38,095 bases of DNA from Acidobacteriota bacterium (GTDB lineage Bacteria > Acidobacteriota > Vicinamibacteria > Vicinamibacterales > 2-12-FULL-66-21), in assembly GCA_046734675.1 (NCBI GenBank), contig JBKPRU010000234.1:1-38095 (forward strand), in the 5' to 3' direction. Position numbers and translations under genes: made by a program. The notes below the pieces were generated by a model. The model worked only from the letters and a program-made list of their open reading frames with translations, was not told the origin of the DNA and ran no database searches. Of this stretch, positions 1 to 8,334 are shown in pieces. Each line of letters starts with the position of its first letter. Position 1 is the first letter of the stretch.

Positions 1-1
1 C

Positions 2-547
2 TTCGCACCAGACGACCACGGGGCGGCCGCGCTCGCCGATCATGCCGAGCGCGATCGCGAACAGGATGCTGAAGACGACGATCTGCAGCACGTCTCCCTT
101 GGCCATGGCGTCGATGACCGACTCGGGCACGACGTGCAGGAGGATCTGATCCCACGTCTGCGGCGCGGCGAGGATCTCCGATCGGGTCGGCGGCAGGTTG
201 ACCCCGACACCGGGGCGGATGACGTTGACGGCGACGAGGCCGATGACGAGCGCGACCGTGGTGACGACCTCGAAATAGATAATCGCGCGCAGCCCCATCC
301 GCCCAACGACCTTGACGTGCCCCGCCCCGGCAATCCCCGCCACGAGCGTCGCGAAGATGAGCGGGGCGATGACCATCTTGATCAATCGCAGGAACAGCTG
401 GCTGAAGGGGCGGAAGTAGGGGGCCCAGGTCGGGTGATATTCGCTCACCAGCCAGCCAGCGACGATGCCGAGCGCGAGACCAAGGAAGATTTGCTGAGTG
501 AGCGTGAGGCCGGAGCGCCTAGGCGCGGTCGGAGTGGTCTCGGGCAT
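2..547 (-). CDS. Dicarboxylate/amino acid:cation symporter (DAACS, GltP/DctA family), N-terminal part; runs off the window start
   Basis: Absent from the ORF track because it has no stop in the window. Manual minus-strand translation from ATG 547: MPETTPTAPRRSGLTLTQQIFLGLALGIVAG...FLRLIKMVIAPLIFATLVAGIA...GRMGLRAIIYFEVVTTVALVIGL...PESVIDAMAKGDVLQIVVFSILFAIAL, typical DAACS motifs. Confidence 0.9.
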   Translation of the reverse strand, partial: MPETTPTAPRRSGLTLTQQIFLGLALGIVAGWLVSEYHPTWAPYFRPFSQLFLRLIKMVIAPLIFATLVAGIAGAGHVKVVGRMGLRAIIYFEVVTTVALVIGLVAVNVIRPGVGVNLPPTRSEILAAPQTWDQILLHVVPESVIDAMAKGDVLQIVVFSILFAIALGMIGERGRPVVVWCE

Positions 548-618
548 CCCGGGGGATTCTACCCGAAACCCGACAGCAATCCGGGCCGTCCACCTTGTGC
601 GAATGCGCAGCGGAGCGC

Positions 619-644
619 TACACTTAGATATATGGGCTCCCATA
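619..644 (+). promoter_or_regulatory. -10 box TACACT (619-624) and palindromic operator TATGGG-CT-CCCATA (631-644) over the MarR start codon
   Basis: Perfect 6-2-6 inverted repeat seen directly. MarR autoregulation through it is inferred. Confidence 0.6.
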
Positions 645-1138
645 CAAATGGCCACACACGCATCGTGCTCGATTCGGTGCGCCGCATCGTCCAGGCACTG
701 CACGAAACGTCGCGATGGGCGGAACGGAATCTCGGGCTGACCGGCGCGCAACTGTTCGTGCTCCAATCACTGGCCGACTCGCCATGCCTGTCCCTGAACG
801 ATCTCGCGGCCCGCACGCACACGCACCAGAGTTCCGTGTCGACGGTGGTCGCGCGCCTCGTCGATCGCGGGCTGGTGGTGCGCGGGACCGGCGCCGACGA
901 CGGGCGGCGCGTCGAGTTGCGGCTGTCGCCCGAGGGGCGGCGCCTGCTTCGGCGTGCGCCCAACCTCGCGCAGCACCGGTTGATTCAGGGCATCGATCGG
1001 CTCTCGCCGTCACGGCGCCGCACGCTCGCGGCCTCGCTCGATGCGTTGACCAGCGCCATGGCCATCGGAGAGAACGACCCGGTCATGTTCTTCGACGACG
1101 GCAAGCGGCGGACGCGGAGGGCTGCGCGCCGTGCGTAA
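632..1138 (+). CDS. MarR family winged-helix transcriptional regulator
   Basis: C-terminal part of ORF 134..1138: GLTGAQLFVL...LSLNDLAARTHTHQSSVSTVVARLVDRGLVVR...DDGRRVELRLSPEG. The upstream extension is the antisense shadow of the symporter. Confidence 0.88.
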   Translation: MGSHTNGHTRIVLDSVRRIVQALHETSRWAERNLGLTGAQLFVLQSLADSPCLSLNDLAARTHTHQSSVSTVVARLVDRGLVVRGTGADDGRRVELRLSPEGRRLLRRAPNLAQHRLIQGIDRLSPSRRRTLAASLDALTSAMAIGENDPVMFFDDGKRRTRRAARRA

Positions 1139-2987
1139 GGCAACTGTCGACCTTTCGGAGCTCGGTGACTTCACTACGACCGGGCGCGTCGTCGCGATCG
1201 GCGCGCTTGCCGTCGGCATCGGCATCGTCAGCGCGTATGTTGCGGACCTGCTGCTCAAGCTGATTGGCCTCTTCAGCAACCTGTTCTTCTTTCAACGGTG
1301 GAGCACGACGCTCGTCTCGCCGGCCAACCACCATCTCGGACCTTTCGTGATCGTCGTGCCGGTCGTGGGCGCGCTCATCATCGGCCTGATGGCGCGCTTC
1401 GGATCCGAACGGATTCGCGGCCACGGCATCCCCGAAGCCATCGAAGCGATTCTGATTAACGGCAGCCGTGTCGAGCCGCGTGTGGCGCTGCTGAAGCCTG
1501 TCTCCGCGGCCATTTCGATTGGCTCCGGCGGGCCGTTCGGCGCGGAAGGGCCGATCATCATGACGGGCGGTGCCGTCGGATCGCTCATCGCGCAGTTCTT
1601 TCACCTGACGAGCGCCGAGCGTAAGACGCTGCTGGTCGCGGGCGCCGCGGCCGGGATGTCGGCGACCTTCGCGTCTCCGGTCGCGGCGGTGCTGCTTGCG
1701 GTGGAGCTGCTGCTGTTCGAATGGAAGCCGCGCAGCATGATTCCCGTCGCGCTCGCGAGCGCCACGGCCGCGGCGGCGCGGCGCTACATCATCGGCCTTG
1801 GTCCGCTGTTCCCCGTGCAGGTGCACCCGGCGTTCATCGGTCCGCAGGGGCTGGCCGGCTGCGTGATCGCCGGACTTCTCGCCGGCGGCCTCTCGGCCTT
1901 GCTCACGGCGGCGGTGTACGCCGCGGAGGACGCGTTTCAACACCTGCCCATTCACTGGATGTGGTGGCCGGCAATTGGCGGCCTGGTCATCGGGCTCGGG
2001 GGATACGTGTTCCCGCAGGCGCTGGGCGTCGGCTATGACACGATCGGCGCGCTGCTCCAGGGTGACGTCACCGAACGCGTGATCCTCGGCATCCTGATCG
2101 TGAAGTCGATCATCTGGTCGGTCTCGCTTGGCTCGGGGACGTCAGGCGGCGTGCTCGCGCCGCTGCTGATGATGGGCGGGGCCCTCGGCGGTCTCGAAGC
2201 CATGGTGCTGCCCTACGAAGGGGTCGGGTTCTGGCCGCTCGTCAGCATGGGCGCGATCCTCGGCGGCACGATGCGCTCGCCCTTCACCGGCGTCGTGTTC
2301 GCGCTGGAGCTGACGCACGACGTCAACATGCTGCTGCCGCTGCTCGTGGCCGTCACACTCGCCCACGCGTGTACGGTCCTGACACTGCGGCGATCGATCC
2401 TCACCGAGAAGGTCGCGCGACGAGGGTTCCATCTCAGTCGCGAGTACGCGGTGGATCCGCTCGAGATCCTGTTCGCGCGCGAGGTGATGCAGACGAGTAT
2501 GATCGCGCTGCCGCCCCAGGCGCCGCTCGACGTGCTGCTGGCGGCCCTTCACGTCGATCCGGCGCGCGGGCCGCAGCGGCTCTACCCGATCGTCGACGAC
2601 GATCAGCGGCTCCTTGGCGTGGTGACCCGCGTCGATCTGCAGCAGCTCATCGATCGTGGCGCGGGAGCGTCGGCCGGTTTCAACAGCATCGTGCGCGAGC
2701 GCCCGGTCGTCGCCTACCCGGATGAGCCGCTGCGGATGATCGTGCATCGCATGGCCGATACGGGCTTGACGCGATTTCCAGTCGTCGAACGCGGCCCGGT
2801 GACTCGCGTGATCGGCGTCATCGCACTCGACGATCTGTTGAAAGCCCGTGCGTTGAACCTGGAGGCGGAGCGCCGGCGCGAGCGAGTGCTGCGGCCGCGC
2901 TTCGCGTTTCCCTTCGCATTCACCGCAGCGACGACTGGCGCCGCGGTTGGGTCACCACTCGACGGAGACGACGACACGTCGCCGTGA
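1131..2987 (+). CDS. ClC family chloride channel/antiporter with C-terminal CBS pair (paralog 1)
   Basis: Motifs GHGIPE, GGPFGAEGP and GTSGGVLAP, many TM helices, and CBS repeats (REVM...LYPIVDDDQRLLGVVTRVDL; AYPDEPL...RFPVV...VIGVIALDDLL). Confidence 0.93.
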   Translation: MRKATVDLSELGDFTTTGRVVAIGALAVGIGIVSAYVADLLLKLIGLFSNLFFFQRWSTTLVSPANHHLGPFVIVVPVVGALIIGLMARFGSERIRGHGIPEAIEAILINGSRVEPRVALLKPVSAAISIGSGGPFGAEGPIIMTGGAVGSLIAQFFHLTSAERKTLLVAGAAAGMSATFASPVAAVLLAVELLLFEWKPRSMIPVALASATAAAARRYIIGLGPLFPVQVHPAFIGPQGLAGCVIAGLLAGGLSALLTAAVYAAEDAFQHLPIHWMWWPAIGGLVIGLGGYVFPQALGVGYDTIGALLQGDVTERVILGILIVKSIIWSVSLGSGTSGGVLAPLLMMGGALGGLEAMVLPYEGVGFWPLVSMGAILGGTMRSPFTGVVFALELTHDVNMLLPLLVAVTLAHACTVLTLRRSILTEKVARRGFHLSREYAVDPLEILFAREVMQTSMIALPPQAPLDVLLAALHVDPARGPQRLYPIVDDDQRLLGVVTRVDLQQLIDRGAGASAGFNSIVRERPVVAYPDEPLRMIVHRMADTGLTRFPVVERGPVTRVIGVIALDDLLKARALNLEAERRRERVLRPRFAFPFAFTAATTGAAVGSPLDGDDDTSP

Positions 2988-4105
2988 TCGTAAGCACGTC
3001 CGACAGTACTCGCGTTCGATTCGTCCTTGGCTCGCTTGCCGCAGCGATTCTGCCGCTTGCTGTCCTGACCGCGACGGTCACGCGTCTGCATCGGCATCAT
3101 CTCGAAACGCTGGCCGCCGAATGGTCCGCGCGGGCGGATCGGGCGGTGCGTGCCGGTCGGGCGACCGAAGGAGTCGACGATTTCCGAAGCGCACTCCTGT
3201 ACGCGCACGAGGATCGCGCACTGCGGCTGCGCCTCGCGCGGGCGCTAGTCGCAGCGCGACGGCCCGCCGAAGCGCGCGGCTACCTGCTCACGTTGTGGAA
3301 CGACGAGCCCGGAAATGGGTCCGTCAACCTGGAGCTCGGGCGCATCGCCGCGCAGGACGGCGCGTCGGACGAGGCCATCCGCTACTACCACGGCGCGGTT
3401 GAAGGCGCATGGGACACCGACGCCGAGCGCCGGCGTCGCGAGGTGCGGCTGGAACTGATCGATTACCTGATCGCTCACGGACAGGCGGAACGGGCGAGGC
3501 CCGATCTCGTCGCTCTCACGTCGGACTTGCCGAATGATGCCGACGGGAGGAAGGGCCTCGCGCGCCGTCTGGCCGACGCGGGCCTGTACGCGCAGGCGGC
3601 CACCATCTACGAGCACGTCCTCGAGCAGTCGCCGACGGACGCGGATGCGTTGGCGGGCGCGGGCGAGCTTGCGTTCCGCTCGGCGCAGTATGCGGTTGCC
3701 GCACGCTACCTGCAGCGTGCGGTCACAGAGGGCGCCTCTTCCCCCAACGTCCGCCGCGACGCGGAAATCGCCCGCCTCGTGCTCGATCTGGATCCCTTTC
3801 AACGCCGTCTGGCTCTCTCGGCTCGTGCCTCTCGCACCACTCGAGCCTTTGCGCTCGCCAGCCGGCGGTTGGCGGATTGCGTGCGGGCACACCCCGACTC
3901 GGCGCGGCTTGCGGCATTGACTCCCGAGACTGCTCTGTCCTCCCGCGCGGCTACCCGGTCGCTCGTCCGACATCCCGACGACGTCGACGTCGTCATGGAG
4001 GCCGCGTTTGCGATCGAGATCGCGACCGCGGAGGTGTGCGGAGAGGCGGACGGTCCAGACCGGGCTCTGTCGCTGATCGCCGCGGCGCGGAAGGCGGAGC
4101 GGTGA
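2984..4105 (+). CDS. Membrane-anchored tetratricopeptide repeat protein
   Basis: One N-terminal hydrophobic helix followed by Ala-rich helical TPR-like repeats (EAIRYYHGAV; QAATIYEHVLEQSPTDADALAGAGELAF). GTGA overlaps with both flanking ClC genes. Confidence 0.8.
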   Translation: MIVSTSDSTRVRFVLGSLAAAILPLAVLTATVTRLHRHHLETLAAEWSARADRAVRAGRATEGVDDFRSALLYAHEDRALRLRLARALVAARRPAEARGYLLTLWNDEPGNGSVNLELGRIAAQDGASDEAIRYYHGAVEGAWDTDAERRRREVRLELIDYLIAHGQAERARPDLVALTSDLPNDADGRKGLARRLADAGLYAQAATIYEHVLEQSPTDADALAGAGELAFRSAQYAVAARYLQRAVTEGASSPNVRRDAEIARLVLDLDPFQRRLALSARASRTTRAFALASRRLADCVRAHPDSARLAALTPETALSSRAATRSLVRHPDDVDVVMEAAFAIEIATAEVCGEADGPDRALSLIAAARKAER

Positions 4106-5796
4106 GGTCCCGGGGAAGTGCGCGTCCGCTCTTCGCGCTGCGGGAGCCGCAGCTCTTTCTCGTGCTGGCGCTCCTGATTGGCGTGTTCTCCGGACTGCTG
4201 GTCGTGTGCTTTCGCGTGGCGATCGAGTCCACGCGCCTGTGGCTCCTTGGCTCCGGGCTGAAGCCGCCGACCTCGCGTCTGTTCGTCGTTCTGCCGGCCA
4301 TGGGACTGGTCGTCGCGCTCCTGGTGCAACGATTCTTTCCTGCCGCGCGCGGCAGCGGCGTGAATCAGACCAAGGCCGCCGTGTACATCTACGACGGCTA
4401 TATCTCGTTTCGCACGGTCATCGGTAAGTTCGTGACGAGTGCGCTGGCGATCGGCAGCGGTCAATCGCTGGGGCCCGAGGATCCGTCCCTCCAAGTCGGC
4501 GCCGGGATCGCATCCGCGATTGGCCGCCGCGTGGGACTGTCGCGCGATCGCCTGCGACTGATCGCGCCGCTTGGCGCCGCTGCCGGCCTGGCCGCGGCCT
4601 TCAACTCGCCGATCACCGCCGTGCTGTTCGTCATCGAAGAAGTGATCGGGACGTGGAGCGCCGTCGCCCTCGGCGCGATCGTGCTGGCGGCCGTCTCGAG
4701 CGCGCTGGTGCAGCAGTGGTTCCTTGGCGACCAGCCGCTGTTCCGCGTTCCCGTCTATCACTTCACCCACGCAAGCCATCTGATCGTGTATGCGGTTTTG
4801 GGGGCGGTTGGCGGCGTCGCCGCGATCGTGTTCGTGAAGCTCGCGCTGTTCGCGCGTGCGGCGCTGCGGCGCCTGCCTCCCTGGACGCGTTACTTGCAGC
4901 CGGCCATTGCCGGTGCGGCGATCGCCGTGATCGCGATGCGATACCCGCAGGTCACCGGCGCCGGCTACGAATACGTCGACCTGGCAATGCACGACCGTTA
5001 TACGTGGGTGACGCTGGCCGTGCTCGCGGCGCTGAAAATCATCGCGACGGTGGTGTCGTTTTCGAGCGGCACGCCGGGCGGGCTCTTCGCGCCGACGCTC
5101 TTCATCGGCGCGATGGTTGGCGGCGCGGTCTGCGGCGCCACGCGCGTCCTCGTTCCGTCCTTCGACGCGACAACCGGCGCCTTCGCGCTGATTGGAATGG
5201 GGACGCTCTTTGCGGGGATCCTTCGCGCGCCAATCACGTCGGTCTTCATGATCGTCGAGGTCAGCGGGAGCTATTCGATTGCGCTGCCGCTGATGATCTC
5301 CAACACGATTGCGTATCTCGTCTCGCGCCGCTACCAGCGCGACGCAATGTTCGACGTGCTCGCCCACCAGGACGGCGTCCATCTGCCGTCGATGGAACAA
5401 CAGCGGGAGGCCGCGGTGCAGCGTGTCGAGGACGCGATGCGCGGCGTGCCGCCGCTGGTGATGTCCGCCGGCGACACCGTCGAAGATGCATTGACGGCGG
5501 CCGACCGGGCCGGCGAAATTCTGATCGCGTCGCGTCCCGGTGGATGGTCGATGATGCGCCGCGTCGATCTCGAGCATCTCGCGAGCGAGGGGCGGCGGAC
5601 CTCGCGGCTGGAAGGCGTGCTGGCGCTTGCCACGTCTCTCCCGACTGTCTATCCCGATCAGCCGCTGGACGTCGCGCTGCGGTCGATCGGCGACCATCCG
5701 TATGTGCCGGTCGTCCACCGCGCCAATGCGGCGCGCCTGGTCGGCGTCATTGGCCTCGAGGAAATTCTCGACGCCTATCGACGCGCCGGCGCGTAG
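4102..5796 (+). CDS. ClC family chloride channel/antiporter with CBS domains (paralog 2)
   Basis: Motifs GSGVNQ, GQSLGPEDP, AAAFNSPI and GTPGGLFAP, plus a CBS tail. Start set at the GTG overlapping the TPR gene stop. Confidence 0.92.
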   Translation: MRSRGSARPLFALREPQLFLVLALLIGVFSGLLVVCFRVAIESTRLWLLGSGLKPPTSRLFVVLPAMGLVVALLVQRFFPAARGSGVNQTKAAVYIYDGYISFRTVIGKFVTSALAIGSGQSLGPEDPSLQVGAGIASAIGRRVGLSRDRLRLIAPLGAAAGLAAAFNSPITAVLFVIEEVIGTWSAVALGAIVLAAVSSALVQQWFLGDQPLFRVPVYHFTHASHLIVYAVLGAVGGVAAIVFVKLALFARAALRRLPPWTRYLQPAIAGAAIAVIAMRYPQVTGAGYEYVDLAMHDRYTWVTLAVLAALKIIATVVSFSSGTPGGLFAPTLFIGAMVGGAVCGATRVLVPSFDATTGAFALIGMGTLFAGILRAPITSVFMIVEVSGSYSIALPLMISNTIAYLVSRRYQRDAMFDVLAHQDGVHLPSMEQQREAAVQRVEDAMRGVPPLVMSAGDTVEDALTAADRAGEILIASRPGGWSMMRRVDLEHLASEGRRTSRLEGVLALATSLPTVYPDQPLDVALRSIGDHPYVPVVHRANAARLVGVIGLEEILDAYRRAGA

Positions 5797-5799
5797 CGC

Positions 5800-6546
5800 T
5801 TACATCTTCGCGATCGTGCGCGCGGTCAGCTCGCGCGGATCGAGGCCCGCGCCCTTCGCGATGCTGCGGAGCAACGGCGGCAGGGTCGCGGGAAAGCGCC
5901 AATCGTCATCGCGCGCTCCCTCACGGTGGAGCGCGTCGCGCCACTCGTCCCACCAGGCGCTGGTCAGGCGCGCGATTGGCTCGACGATCAGCAGTGCCGC
6001 GCCGGCGCGGACGCGCTGGACGATGCGATCGAGCAGTAACGCGCGTCCGGCGTCCGGCAGCTCGTTTACCGTGTAGGCGAGCAGGATGCCGGTTCGCGCG
6101 TCCGCGCGGATCGACGTTCGCGTCACGTCGCCCGTGGACGCGCGGCCGCGAATCGCGAAGTGCCGGTACGTCCAGTTCGCCTCCTGCACCGCCCAGGAGG
6201 ATCGGTCGATTCCGGTGATCGTCGGCCGCGAGTCGACGGCCGTCGCCCAGGCGGCGCCAGCCGCTCCGGTGCCGCAGCCGAGATCAAGGATCTGCGCAAG
6301 CGGCCGCCCGCGCGCGTCTAACTCCCGAACAATCTCCGCGACGGTGAGGAAGTGCAACGGCGCATAGAACAGCGCAAAGGCGGCGCGCTTGCCGGCGCCC
6401 TCGAGCGCGGCCCCTTGGGCAAGACGCTCACGGCGTTCGACGTAACAGGAGGACAAGGCGCGCAGCGCGCGCGTCAGCTCGGGGCGGGTGAGGTTCGCGA
6501 GGTGTCGCGCTTCGAGCGCGGTCAGCCAGGAGTCGATGTCGGTCAC
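5800..6546 (-). CDS. Class I SAM-dependent methyltransferase (possibly Rsm22-like)
   Basis: SAM motif ILDLGCGTGAAG, ITGIDRS, AYTVNEL and LLIVEP. The subfamily is inferred. Confidence 0.8.
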   Translation of the reverse strand: MTDIDSWLTALEARHLANLTRPELTRALRALSSCYVERRERLAQGAALEGAGKRAAFALFYAPLHFLTVAEIVRELDARGRPLAQILDLGCGTGAAGAAWATAVDSRPTITGIDRSSWAVQEANWTYRHFAIRGRASTGDVTRTSIRADARTGILLAYTVNELPDAGRALLLDRIVQRVRAGAALLIVEPIARLTSAWWDEWRDALHREGARDDDWRFPATLPPLLRSIAKGAGLDPRELTARTIAKM

Positions 6547-6752
6547 GGAAGCGTGTCGTCCCTATCACGTCGAACGATGGCGATTCGAAGCTGGACGACT
6601 GCGATCGCGAACGCCGCACCCGATCCGACTGCCGTCGCAACCAGTGTCAGCACGTCGACCAGCCGCACACGCGGAACCAGCGCGAGCCCGGAGGCAAGCG
6701 CCATGACAAGCCCTACGGTCCCGACTACGAGTGGGACGACGGCGGTTCTCAT
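6543..6752 (-). CDS. Small two-TM membrane protein, hypothetical
   Basis: MRTAVVPLVVGTVGLVMALASG...VLTLVATAVGSGAAFAIAVV. Its stop overlaps the methyltransferase start (GTGA). An alternative start exists at 6797. Confidence 0.55.
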   Translation of the reverse strand: MRTAVVPLVVGTVGLVMALASGLALVPRVRLVDVLTLVATAVGSGAAFAIAVVQLRIAIVRRDRDDTLP

Positions 6753-6780
6753 ACGTCGAACGCGACCCTGAACACGTCCA

Positions 6781-7002
6781 TCATCGCTTCGCGTCATCGG
6801 AGAGATAGAACAACTGCTCCACGGTGGTCTCGAGCGCGAGCGCGAGGCGCAAAGCGAGAATGGTCGACGGCACGAACACGCCGTTCTCGACGGTGTTGAT
6901 GGTCTTGCGCGAAACGCGCACGAGCGCGGCGAGGTTCGCCTGAGAGAGCCCGCGTCGGGCGCGCTCCTCCTTCAAACGGTTGCCGAGCTCGCTGTGACTC
7001 AC
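6781..7002 (-). CDS. XRE/Cro family HTH transcriptional regulator (73 aa)
   Basis: NRLKEERARRGLSQANLAALVRVSRKTINTVENGVFVPSTILALRLALAL. The GTG start overlaps the upstream gene stop. Confidence 0.9.
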   Translation of the reverse strand: MSHSELGNRLKEERARRGLSQANLAALVRVSRKTINTVENGVFVPSTILALRLALALETTVEQLFYLSDDAKR

Positions 7003-7448
7003 CGCTGCTGCCGATTCAGGCGCAGCACCGTGGCAACCGTCACAACGACACCAGCCGACAGGGTCACATGCGCCAGCGCTCGGGCGGAGACGGGGGTGAA
7101 GGCGGCCGCGACATACGCGGCGAGGCTCACGAGCATCAGGACCCAGAAGCCGTGCTGATACGCAAGCCGGCGATTGGCGCGCGCCCGCTCGTCGTTGACG
7201 ATCTCGCGCACGTCTCGGCTCTTGAATGCGCCGCCGCCCGTGGCGAGGAGCATCAGCAGGGCCGCGCCCCAGGCAACGAACCCTGTGCTCGCCACCGCAT
7301 CGACGTTGCGTAACGCGTCGCCTGTCGGTCTGAAGATCAAAAAGTACGCGGCCTGCCAGACAACGAACATGGCTCCGGAAGAGGCCAAGAGCCGTTTCGT
7401 TCTGCTCTCGATGCGTGCGGCGTGATCGAACGAGTCCTCGTGACGCAT
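6999..7448 (-). CDS. Four-TM membrane protein (DUF2178-like DER motif)
   Basis: Four hydrophobic segments and NDERARANRRLAYQHGF. Typical partner of small XRE regulators. Start moved to ATG 7448 because ATG 7457 abuts the -10 box. Confidence 0.75.
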   Translation of the reverse strand: MRHEDSFDHAARIESRTKRLLASSGAMFVVWQAAYFLIFRPTGDALRNVDAVASTGFVAWGAALLMLLATGGGAFKSRDVREIVNDERARANRRLAYQHGFWVLMLVSLAAYVAAAFTPVSARALAHVTLSAGVVVTVATVLRLNRQQR

Positions 7449-7485
7449 GTAACCCATAGGTTACACGAGCCGACGAGGATGTCAA
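7448..7485 (-). promoter_or_regulatory. Sigma70-type promoter TTGACA-N16-TAACCT overlapped by operator TGTAACC-CATA-GGTTACA (7448-7465)
   Basis: Consensus -35 at 7485-7480, -10 at 7463-7458, and a perfect 7-4-7 inverted repeat. Confidence 0.75.
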
Positions 7486-7523
7486 TGATGGACTGCGCGA
7501 ACAGAGAAGGAGGTTCAGGGGGA

Positions 7524-8057
7524 CTAGGGCAGGCGCGCGCGCAGCCAGCGGATCTGGCCGCGATGATTGATCTCGTCCTCGGCAACGTGGAACCACGCCC
7601 AGTGCGCATTCAGAGCCGGCGCAGCTCTGAGCGGCGCGTCGAGCCACGCGTCATCGCGCGTCCGTAGCGCCGCGAGCGTCACCTCGCGCGTCCGCTGAAG
7701 CTCGTCGAGATAGAACTGCAGATCCTGGCCGCGGATCGCCTGACGCCCCTGGTTGCCAAGCTTCAACGCCGCGGACCAGGCGTCGTTTTCAGCGGCCGTG
7801 GGCTCGCGCTCCTCGAACGTGACGAGCTGATAGCCGCGCTCCACCGCAGCGACGTGTGCGAGGAGGGCGCCAATACTGTTGCTTCGATCGTCGTGCAGGT
7901 GATCGAGTTGCTCGCGCGTCAACCCTTTCACCGCGTCGAGGGTCGTCTGGCGGGCGTAAGAAAGCATCCCCACCAGACGACCGATGGTGGGCGTGTAGCC
8001 AGGCAGCGGCAGGATGCGATACGAGGGCAAGGGTCTCTCCTGTGCTGCCAGCGACAC
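7524..8057 (-). CDS. DinB/YfiT family protein
   Basis: RQTTLDAVKGLTREQLD...SNSIGALLAHVAAVE...WAWFHVAEDEINHRGQI (His-ligand pattern). The start is uncertain; the longer ORF-track version runs antisense through the tRNA. Confidence 0.82.
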   Translation of the reverse strand: MSLAAQERPLPSYRILPLPGYTPTIGRLVGMLSYARQTTLDAVKGLTREQLDHLHDDRSNSIGALLAHVAAVERGYQLVTFEEREPTAAENDAWSAALKLGNQGRQAIRGQDLQFYLDELQRTREVTLAALRTRDDAWLDAPLRAAPALNAHWAWFHVAEDEINHRGQIRWLRARLP

Positions 8058-8134
8058 TACATCGGTTCGGGTCGTCTGGTGAATGCCAGACCTGACGGCG
8101 GTTAACCCGCTGAGTATGCGAGAATTGCCCAAGC

Positions 8135-8224
8135 GGAGAGATGGCCGAGTGGTCGATGGCGGTGGTCTTGAAAACCACTGTACCCGGAAGGGTACCGGGG
8201 GTTCGAATCCCTCTCTCTCCGCCA
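8135..8224 (+). tRNA. tRNA-Ser (anticodon TGA), encoded CCA
   Basis: GGAGAGA/TCTCTCC acceptor stem, GTGGT-CT-TGA-AA-ACCAC anticodon arm, long variable arm GTACCC-GGAA-GGGTAC, GGTTCGAATCC T-loop and GCCA end. Confidence 0.97.
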
Positions 8225-8254
8225 GCCTTCGTCGCCTGCGGCGACTTCGGCTGG
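8222..8254 (+). repeat. Hairpin immediately 3' of the tRNA (CCAGCC-TTC-GTCGCC-TGC-GGCGAC-TTC-GGCTGG)
   Basis: Two 6-bp stems with a symmetric TTC/TTC internal loop and no U-tract. Confidence 0.5.
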
Positions 8255-8316
8255 ACGTAGACTGCGCCGCGCTCCGAAGGCGCCGTGCCTCGTGCTTCTC
8301 CTCCGCCGCCCGGATA

Positions 8317-8325
8317 TGGCATAAT
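8317..8325 (+). promoter_or_regulatory. Extended -10 promoter TG-G-CATAAT for the leader peptide
   Basis: The CATAAT box ends 9 nt before ATG 8335 and there is no SD, so the transcript is near-leaderless. Confidence 0.6.
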
Positions 8326-8334
8326 CGCCGGACC

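Noticed and set aside
3799-5718. Long antisense ORFs (for example 3799..5718, 9064..10395, 14250..15689, 26848..28170, 31878..33680, 34969..36708)
   Set aside because: They lie opposite well-supported genes and have no recognisable motifs. Such shadow ORFs are expected from high-GC codon bias.
1131-5796. Fluoride exporter (CLC-F) or fluoride riboswitch
   Set aside because: The CLC-F signatures (GNNLI/GMGLI, GREGT, GEVTP) are absent, and the operon appears leaderless with no room for a riboswitch.
8135-8224. tRNA-Ser as the attachment site of a genomic island or prophage
   Set aside because: I found no integrase, no duplicated tRNA 3' end and no phage genes in the window.
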